Shown: in pieces, positions 1 through 6,531 of the stretch
Position numbering within the stretch: the stretch's first letter is position 1
How the letters are laid out: every line of letters starts with the position of its first letter
Source of the DNA: an uncultured bacterium
GTDB taxonomy: Bacteria > JAJVIF01 > JAPKYR01
Length of the DNA: 15,642 bases
Reading direction: 5' to 3'
NCBI GenBank assembly: GCA_965369865.1
Contig: CBDURU010000085.1
Location: forward strand, 1 to 15,642
Notes under the pieces: generated by a model
Told to the model about the DNA's origin: nothing
Database searches by the model: none
What the model saw: only the letters and a program-made list of their open reading frames with translations
Program-made: the position numbers and the translations under genes

Positions 1-1
1 C

Positions 2-86
2 ATCAGTGAAAATCACTCCCTTACGGTCGTGGATCTGAAATTAGAACAATCAGTGAAAATCTATCCCTTACGGTCGTGGCTCTGTT
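2..86 (-). repeat. Two tandem copies (47-bp period) of REP-like family A in reverse orientation
   Basis: atcagtgaaaatc..tcccttacggtcgtgg at 2-32 and 49-79. The reverse complements of 14-37 (cagatccacgaccgtaagggagtg) and 61-86 (aacagagccacgaccgtaagggatag) match the core of the 173-338 array. Confidence 0.9.
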
Positions 87-172
87 ATTTATTTTTATCT
101 AAATTGATTAACGTTGGGTGGGAGTGAAACCTGACATAAATAATGAGAAAAACATTAAAAATTTATTTTTTT

Positions 173-338
173 ACAAAACCAAACAGAGCCGCGACCGTCA
201 GGGAGTGCATTAATCACAAAACCAAACAGAGCCGCGACCGTAAGGGAGTGCATTAATCACAAAACCAAACAGAGCCACGACCGTCAGGGAGTGCATTAAT
301 CACAAAACCAAGCAGAGCCACGACCGTAAGGGAGTGCA
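173..338 (+). repeat. Tandem array of 43-bp units (3 full + 1 partial) carrying REP-like family A core AGAGCCRCGACCGTMAGGGAGTG
   Basis: Units start at 173, 216, 259 and 302 (acaaaaccaaacagagccRcgaccgtMagggagtgcattaatc). Linkers are identical apart from one substitution at 312. The core folds as CRC-GA-CC-[GTMA]-GG-GA-GTG. Confidence 0.95.
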
Positions 339-351
339 CGATTACGCCCCC

Positions 352-388
352 AAAAGCCGACGACCCGTCACCAATGACGGATCGTCGG
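352..388 (-). terminator. Rho-independent terminator for the minus-strand beta-barrel genes
   Basis: The minus strand reads ccgacgatccgtca-ttgg-tgacgggtcgtcgg-ctttt: a 14-bp stem, 4-nt loop and short U tract. The one imperfect position is G-U on the minus strand but C-A on the plus strand. It lies about 70 nt after the stop at 459. Confidence 0.8.
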
Positions 389-458
389 GAGGAGGATGAG
401 GGTGGGTGGATTTTTTTCTGTAATCCTCAACTGAAGTATTTTCGGCTCAATTCAGGTT

Positions 459-965
459 TCATAAAGAATAGCTCAGACCGAACGTCCAAAGGTCCGCATC
501 CCCCTCAAGGAAGTCGTAACGCAATTGGACAGCCAGAAGATCCATGAACCTTGCCTGGCAAAGTATATTTGGCCCGAACTTTGAATCATCGAGGGTTGGG
601 TCGCTATTAATAAATGTAACCCCAGCCCCGAGAGCAACTTCAGTCCGTGTAACACCCTTACCCGTAGGCGCGTAGTACAAATAATCTACCGCACCGAGGA
701 AGAAATTCTGGTCAGAAAGACCGTAATCAATTTCAAATTCAAAACTTTGGATTTCATACCTGACAAAAGTATATAAACCACTGTCGCTGATTGCATCGTC
801 GTCAGGCGCCTGGTAAAACCCGATGCCAGTAGAGAATCCGCCGATACCCATTCCGGGAGCCATGCCGAGTCCCTGCGACGATGCGGGGACGGACAATACA
901 AGCCACGCCAGCGATCCGAGCGTGAAAAGGACTATAAACCGTGCTATCAGAGTTCTTCGATCCAT
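459..965 (-). CDS. Secreted small outer-membrane beta-barrel-like protein (paralogue 2)
   Basis: Signal peptide (MDRRTLIARFIVLFTLGSLAWLVLSVPASS), alternating hydrophobic beta strands and a C-terminal WTFGLSYSL resembling a beta-signal. It aligns by eye with the upstream gene. ATG 965 is preferred over TTG 971. Confidence 0.7.
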   Translation of the reverse strand: MDRRTLIARFIVLFTLGSLAWLVLSVPASSQGLGMAPGMGIGGFSTGIGFYQAPDDDAISDSGLYTFVRYEIQSFEFEIDYGLSDQNFFLGAVDYLYYAPTGKGVTRTEVALGAGVTFINSDPTLDDSKFGPNILCQARFMDLLAVQLRYDFLEGDADLWTFGLSYSL

Positions 966-974
966 GTTCAATTA

Positions 975-1451
975 TCAATAGAAAGAATACGAAACACCTA
1001 TCGTCATCATTTCCTGGTCGCTGCCAAGATAATCGTACCTGATCGTCCCATTCAAAGCCTCGCTAAAAGATGCGCCGAGAAGGAGATTAAATCCCGACTC
1101 GTTTTCAAGGTCATCGGCAGAGAAATATGTCCAGCCGGCACCGATAAACGCCTGACCCCCGAAATAATTCTGATCCTGGCTCAGGGGATAAATGTAATCC
1201 GCCGCAAGGGCGTAAAAGATTGGGTCCTTGAGAGAGTAATCTAATTCAAGGAAGTAATTAATCGACCGCATGGTGACCGATGCATACATTCCGGACGTGT
1301 TGATAGCTCCCTCATTTGTATCGACATCGGGAAGCGTCCAGTACCCCCCACCGATCGCCCACTGTTCCTGTTCCTGCGCTGATGCGGGTACTGTAAAAAA
1401 CATCAAGATGATCATTGATGTTAAAAACAGGCATGTAGTTCTCGTTCTCAT
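975..1451 (-). CDS. Secreted small outer-membrane beta-barrel-like protein (paralogue 1)
   Basis: Signal peptide ending VPASA, aromatic/Gly-rich amphipathic strands (FIGAGWTY, GFNLLLGASF, IRYDYL) and C-terminal IGVSYSFY. ATG 1451 has GGGTGGT just upstream; the ORF track starts at GTG 1460. Confidence 0.7.
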   Translation of the reverse strand: MRTRTTCLFLTSMIILMFFTVPASAQEQEQWAIGGGYWTLPDVDTNEGAINTSGMYASVTMRSINYFLELDYSLKDPIFYALAADYIYPLSQDQNYFGGQAFIGAGWTYFSADDLENESGFNLLLGASFSEALNGTIRYDYLGSDQEMMTIGVSYSFY

Positions 1452-1654
1452 ATTGACCACCCATTACTTGACCGCGTTACATATCGGCGACTGAAATTAA
1501 TATCCATACAGCCTGATTAAAATTGCACAGATTTGATTAAAATGGCGCTTATTAACGGATTGCATGTCCGGTTAAATATTAAAAAATGTTCAGAATGATT
1601 GTATTTGAAATGATCTTATTAATGCGCCGGTTTAAATAGCGGCGCAGGTGTCGT

Positions 1655-3964
1655 ATGCCCAATAAGATAAAGCGCAAGAAAAAAAAGAAGAAGGAACCGA
1701 ACCTCGATTTCCTGGATATCAAGGCCGATACAAACCGAGCCCTGAAGAAAATTATAGCGTTCGAACTCTGGGGCGTTGTGGTGCTGGCACTGACGATAGT
1801 TTACATTCTTGGACTTTCCAGCAATGGAGGAGTGGCTGGCCAGGTCTTTGTAAATATCCTGAAGCCGTTTCTCGGGAATGTCGGCAGCGTAATTTTCGCA
1901 ATCGCGATGGTAATCGGAACGGTATATCTTCTAGTGGCGGGGCGAATTCCATTCGCTGGACAGCTTACAAAGCTGACATTCAGTCTGATACCTCTCATCC
2001 TGATCGCATGGGAATCCTGGATGCATACACAGAGGTTCTACTGGGACGACCAGGCAAGGGCAATGACAGGATATATAGGGCTGTGGTTTGGGCGGTTATT
2101 CAGACTGCTGGTGGGTGAAAATGCCGCAATGCCGGTCGCGATTACACTTATAGTAGTGCTGTCATTTATCGTGCTCAAGCTGAGTCCGAAGGCGATAATG
2201 AAATTGATGTGGGATGGGACAAAAAGTTTAATCAGGCGAAAGAAATCGGTGCCCCGGAAAATTTCAGCGCCCCCACAGAATCCGGTCGAGGTTGAAAATG
2301 AAATCAATGAACTGATGAACGACGGGGAGATATCACCCGCATACGCCGGGCAAGTTTCAAAAGGCGCATCAGATGCTTATGGCGGTCACATACCACCCGG
2401 CGATCAGATGGCTCTCGGCCTGGATGAAGCCCCGGTTCTGCCGAAGCCTAAAAATTACAAGTTGCCGTCGCTTAATCTCCTCGCACCCGCATCGCCGCCG
2501 GTAATGGATGAGAACTACAGGGAATATGCATCGGAACGAATCGTAAGCACGCTGGATACTTTCGGAATCCCCTGCAAGGTTACCGATGTGGTCACCGGTC
2601 CGGCAGTTACACGCGTGGAAGTGGTTCTCGGAGAAGGAATCCGTGTGAAGCAGGTGGAGGGGATGGAGAAGGATATCGCGTACAACCTTCCCGCGAAGCG
2701 TGTAAGGGTAGAGGCGCCGATACCCGGGAAGACGGCGGTGGGGATCGAGTTTCCGAATATCCGGACGAATATCGTGCGGATGAGCGAGATCATCAAGTCG
2801 GATATCTGGAAGAAATCAAGGGCGCCGCTGACTGTCGCGATCGCCAAGAATCTGAATAACAAGCCGGTGCTGGCGAACATCAGCAAGATGCCCCATCTTC
2901 TTGTTGCGGGTCAAACCGGGAGCGGTAAGTCGGTCTGCCTGCACGCAATAATAATGAGCCTCCTGTACCGGCTCACACCCGACCAGTTACGGTTGATATT
3001 AATCGACCCCAAGATGGTAGAGTTCGGATCATACGAGGGACTCCCTCATCTTTTGACCCCTGTTGTGAACGACATGAATGACGCAGTAAACGCGTTGCGA
3101 TGGTCGGTACAGGAAATGCGGGACAGGTATAAAAAACTCAAGGCGGCACGCGCAAAAAATATCCAGTTATTCAACCAGAGTGCGCCTGTCGCCGACCGGA
3201 TGCCGTTCATAGTAATCGTGATCGATGAGATGGCCGACCTGATGGCACAGGAGGGTTATGAAATCGAGGCATGTATAACCGCCCTGACACAGCTCGCGCG
3301 TGCTGTCGGGATTCATCTCGTGCTGGCCACACAGCGTCCGAGCGTCAAAATAATTACCGGAAATATCAAGGCCAATATTCCCGCGCGTGTAGCGTTGAAC
3401 GTGGCGTCCTATACCGACTCAAGAACGATCATCGATTACAAGGGTGCCGAGACCCTTCTTGGGAATGGGGATATGTTGTACAAGCCGATCGATGCGGATT
3501 CCCCTATACGCGCCCAGGGTGTGTATGTTGATGATGAAGAGATTACCAGGGTGGTCGCGTTCCTTGTGAAACAGGGTGAGCCGGAATTCGATGATGATGT
3601 AACCGCCGACCACGCCTCATCCAGAAAGGGCAGGGCCGGTGATGGATCGGGAAGGTCGGGTGACCTGACAGACAAGGAGACCGAAGATCTTCGAAGGGCG
3701 CTGATGGCATGCATGGGCGACAGGGAGGCATCGGTCAGTTTGCTCCAGACGAAGCTGAATATGGGATACCCGAAAGCACGCCGCCTGATGATGAGGATGG
3801 AAGAGCTTGGGTTGGTTGGCCCGAAAAAAGGCAGCAAACCCAGGGAGTTGATCTACTCCGCCTGCCGTGAAGCACTCGCGGCATTGAATAATGATGGTGA
3901 CGTGAATTTCCCACTTTCGCAAATGGATGAGAACAATGTGGATGAGATACTGGCGGAGGTTTGA
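1655..3964 (+). CDS. ftsK: DNA translocase FtsK/SpoIIIE family
   Basis: N-terminal multi-TM domain, alpha domain (GPAVTRVE, VRVEAPIPGKTAVGIEFPN), Walker A AGQTGSGKS, LIDPKMVE, Walker B VIDEMADLM, LATQRPS, GAETLLGNGDMLY and a C-terminal gamma winged helix (ASVSLLQ...GLVGP..GSKPRE). Confidence 0.97.
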   Translation: MPNKIKRKKKKKKEPNLDFLDIKADTNRALKKIIAFELWGVVVLALTIVYILGLSSNGGVAGQVFVNILKPFLGNVGSVIFAIAMVIGTVYLLVAGRIPFAGQLTKLTFSLIPLILIAWESWMHTQRFYWDDQARAMTGYIGLWFGRLFRLLVGENAAMPVAITLIVVLSFIVLKLSPKAIMKLMWDGTKSLIRRKKSVPRKISAPPQNPVEVENEINELMNDGEISPAYAGQVSKGASDAYGGHIPPGDQMALGLDEAPVLPKPKNYKLPSLNLLAPASPPVMDENYREYASERIVSTLDTFGIPCKVTDVVTGPAVTRVEVVLGEGIRVKQVEGMEKDIAYNLPAKRVRVEAPIPGKTAVGIEFPNIRTNIVRMSEIIKSDIWKKSRAPLTVAIAKNLNNKPVLANISKMPHLLVAGQTGSGKSVCLHAIIMSLLYRLTPDQLRLILIDPKMVEFGSYEGLPHLLTPVVNDMNDAVNALRWSVQEMRDRYKKLKAARAKNIQLFNQSAPVADRMPFIVIVIDEMADLMAQEGYEIEACITALTQLARAVGIHLVLATQRPSVKIITGNIKANIPARVALNVASYTDSRTIIDYKGAETLLGNGDMLYKPIDADSPIRAQGVYVDDEEITRVVAFLVKQGEPEFDDDVTADHASSRKGRAGDGSGRSGDLTDKETEDLRRALMACMGDREASVSLLQTKLNMGYPKARRLMMRMEELGLVGPKKGSKPRELIYSACREALAALNNDGDVNFPLSQMDENNVDEILAEV

Positions 3965-3973
3965 GTTAATACA

Positions 3974-4264
3974 CGTCGACAAGCACGTTCGACACGGAGA
4001 ATTTCGAGGTTTGGGGGGTGTAGATGTCTCACTTTGCTTGTCGCCGCCACGCGATTTTTTTGTTAATTGTAAAAATCGTCGACAAGCACGTTCGACACGG
4101 GGAATTTTCGAGGTTTGCGGGATGTAGATGTCTCACTGAGCTTGTCGCCGCCACGCGATTTTTTTGTTATTAGTAAAAATCGTCGACAAGCACGTTCGAC
4201 GCGGGGATTTTTAAAGGCTTGGGGGATGAAGATGTCTCACTTTGCTTGTCGCCGCCACGCGATT
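3974..4264. repeat. Tandem array of ~103-104-bp structured units (family B; 2 full + 1 lacking linker)
   Basis: Units start at 3974, 4077 and 4181 with cgtcgacaagcacgttcgac and end tgtctcac..gcttgtcgccgccacgcgatt. Each has an internal inverted repeat cg.cgacaagc(a) / (t)gcttgtcg.cg plus gaca/tgtc. Confidence 0.95.
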
Positions 4265-4288
4265 AGGTAGGACATATTTTGCATTGAT

Positions 4289-4328
4289 GGGGACACCTGC
4301 TTTTCGACGGGCGAAAAGAGGTGTCCCC
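4289..4328. repeat. Strong intergenic hairpin (17-bp stem, 1 bulge); REP-like element or regulatory stem
   Basis: ggggacacct-g-cttttcg-acggg-cgaaaag-aggtgtcccc. No U tract follows directly on either strand. Confidence 0.75.
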
Positions 4329-4457
4329 TATATTTAGGGGATTAAATCTATTCCTGATCCCCACCCTTTTTACATCTGGTCTTAATATTCCGGTTAATGT
4401 ATGATTCCCGGAGGTAATTACATAATCCTGCGCAAACTTACGGGAACGAGGAGAATC

Positions 4458-5108
4458 ATGGAAATAACACTTGATCTAAAAAAAGAACTTAAAGACCACC
4501 AGGATGCGGTCAGGGAAATCGGCGTTCATAAGAGCGGGAAATTTTTCTTTTCACGCTCAACCTCGATGCTTATAATCTACGATCTTCCGGGTGGCACAAA
4601 GATCAGGGGATTTTACGACAGCGCTGGTTATGAGGCCGCGATGTACGACCCGGACGGTTCAAACCTGATTTACATGTCGGACGATAAGCTCTGTTTCCTC
4701 GACCTCGATATCTGGAAAGTGCGCATGGTGATCGCGGGTGAACTCTCGGAATATCGAGATGAGGATATGCATCCTGGAGTCGGGCTGAAAGTAAATGGAA
4801 AACAGGATGGAGCGATAGAAGTCAGGAAAATAATTGCCGATGATTACGATCCGCCTGAATTTGTGCTCGAGGGCCATACGAATTATATCGAGTATTCGAA
4901 ATTTCATCCGAACGGGAAGATTCTGGCGACAGGTTCGGCCGACATGACTTTAAAATTCTGGGATCTCGGGCTCCGCAAGGAAATCGGGTCCCACAAGATC
5001 CATGACGATTTTGTAACTGCTATCGCTTTTAATAAGGATGGAAGCACGATGGTCACCGGCGACTATGCCGGGACAATCAAGGTCTGGGATATAAATATCC
5101 CGGGATAA
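4458..5108 (+). CDS. WD40-repeat protein (short, ~216 aa)
   Basis: Canonical repeats LEGHTNYIEYSKFHPNGKILATGSADMTLKFWD and HDDFVTAIAFNKDGSTMVTGDYAGTIKVWD, plus a degenerate LKDHQDAVREIGVHKSGKFF..IYD. SD GAGGAG at 4448-4453 favours ATG 4458 over 4401. Confidence 0.88.
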   Translation: MEITLDLKKELKDHQDAVREIGVHKSGKFFFSRSTSMLIIYDLPGGTKIRGFYDSAGYEAAMYDPDGSNLIYMSDDKLCFLDLDIWKVRMVIAGELSEYRDEDMHPGVGLKVNGKQDGAIEVRKIIADDYDPPEFVLEGHTNYIEYSKFHPNGKILATGSADMTLKFWDLGLRKEIGSHKIHDDFVTAIAFNKDGSTMVTGDYAGTIKVWDINIPG

Positions 5109-5122
5109 GATCCTCACCTGGT

Positions 5123-6478
5123 ATGGAAGAAACAAGGGAAATCCTGGGTAGACTCCAGGAAAGTTTACGGGTAAAGAATTTCCGTAATGTCAAGGCGATT
5201 GTGTCCGACCTTCATCCTGCCGACGCGGTGGAGTTGATCGGTGAACTCGAAACATTGGAACGCGTAATCGTCTTTCGCCTTCTCCACAAACAGACCGCCG
5301 CGGAGGTTTTTACCGACCTTCCCCCCGACCAGCAGTCAGACCTGCTTGAGCTTTTTACGGAAAATCAGACCGCGGAAATTTTTGAGGAGATGGATCCTGA
5401 CGATCGCGCGGAGGTTTTGGAGGAATTCCCGGCGGGTGTCGTAAGAGAGCTCCTGAAATCGATCAGTCCCGCCGAATGTCAGATGACTTCGACATTACTC
5501 GGGTATCCGGAACATTCCGCCGGTCGAATGATGACGCCGGAGCATGTGGAGGTCAGGCCCAACTGGACGGCGGCCCAGGCGATCGAGCACATCAGGCGTG
5601 TCGGCGCCAACAAGGAGATGATCTATGTCTGTTACGTGATCGGTTCCTACAGGAAACTGAAAGGGAAGGTGTCACTTAAAGATATTCTGCTCGCGCCGGA
5701 AGACGCACTAATCTCCAACATAATGACGAGGAAATATTTCTCGGTTAATACTCTGGACGACCAGGAGGAGGCGGCGCAATTAGCGAAGAAGTACGATCTT
5801 CTCGCGGTCCCGGTTGTCGACCAGGAAAATCGACTCGTTGGAATTATCACAATCGATGACCTTACCGATATCATTGAGGAAGAGGCCAGCGAGGACGCGT
5901 ACCGTATGGCGGGCATCGCGGAACTCCCGGAGAGTTATTTCAATACGAAGACAATAACTTTATTCCAGAAACGTGTTATCTGGCTTGTCCTCCTGATGAT
6001 CGCGCAGACAATCTCAGGCGGGATCCTGAAACATTACGAGGCGACTCTCCAGGCTGTAGTCGCGCTGATATTTTTTGTGCCCATGCTGGTCGGGTCGGCA
6101 GGCAATACCGCGACACAATCCGCGACACTTATCATCAGGGGACTTGCTGTCGGGGAAATAGACACGAGATCGATATCGAAAATCGTTATAAGGGAATCCC
6201 TGATGGGAATTCTTATCGGGCTTCTGCTAGGTGTTGTCGGCGGGACGATCGCATACATTATGGGTGGGGACCCAAGGTTGTTCGCGACGGTATCGATCGC
6301 GTTCATGATTACGGTTTTCGTGTCGAACCTGGTCGGCGCATTGCTTCCGCTTGGATTTAAATTTATAAAACTCGACCCGGCTGTATCCAGCGGTCCTGCA
6401 ATTACGACAATTGTGGATATCGCGGGATTACTGATTTATTTCTCGGTGGCGCATTCGATTTTCAACCTTTCGGGGTGA
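5123..6478 (+). CDS. mgtE: Magnesium transporter MgtE
   Basis: MgtE N-domain (LHPADA, MDPDDRA), YPEHSAGRMMTPE, a CBS pair (YDLLAVPVVD..RLVGIITIDD), EEEASED plug helix, five TM segments, GSAGNTATQSAT and DPAVSSGPAITTIVDIAG with the conserved pore Asp. Confidence 0.97.
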   Translation: MEETREILGRLQESLRVKNFRNVKAIVSDLHPADAVELIGELETLERVIVFRLLHKQTAAEVFTDLPPDQQSDLLELFTENQTAEIFEEMDPDDRAEVLEEFPAGVVRELLKSISPAECQMTSTLLGYPEHSAGRMMTPEHVEVRPNWTAAQAIEHIRRVGANKEMIYVCYVIGSYRKLKGKVSLKDILLAPEDALISNIMTRKYFSVNTLDDQEEAAQLAKKYDLLAVPVVDQENRLVGIITIDDLTDIIEEEASEDAYRMAGIAELPESYFNTKTITLFQKRVIWLVLLMIAQTISGGILKHYEATLQAVVALIFFVPMLVGSAGNTATQSATLIIRGLAVGEIDTRSISKIVIRESLMGILIGLLLGVVGGTIAYIMGGDPRLFATVSIAFMITVFVSNLVGALLPLGFKFIKLDPAVSSGPAITTIVDIAGLLIYFSVAHSIFNLSG

Positions 6479-6531
6479 ATGACAGTCAAAATATGAGAGA
6501 AGAACTGGTACAGATTTAACTGGACAATTGT

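Noticed and set aside
173..338. CRISPR array
   Set aside because: The sequences between the conserved cores are identical rather than unique spacers, and no cas genes are present.
3628..3635. KOPS-like GGGCAGGG inside ftsK
   Set aside because: A single octamer carries no information without genome-wide skew.
3853..4127. Short ORFs 3927..4127 (+) and 3853..4050 (-)
   Set aside because: They overlap the ftsK 3' end and run through the non-coding repeat array, with no protein-like features.
3974..4264. CRISPR or TIGR-like guide array
   Set aside because: The variable segments are clearly homologous to each other (point differences only), the ~103-bp period is too long, and no effector gene is adjacent.
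4284..4328. IS200/IS605 end (TTGAT next to a hairpin)
   Set aside because: No tnpA/tnpB remnant or second end is visible, and a 5-mer match is expected by chance.
4261..4457. M-box (ykoK) Mg2+ riboswitch ahead of mgtE
   Set aside because: Only a superficial ttaggt match; the rest of the M-box consensus is not recognisable. An Rfam scan would settle it.
5096..5107. 12-bp palindrome tatcccgggata at the WD40 gene end
   Set aside because: It has no loop or U tract, lies within coding sequence and is plausible by chance.
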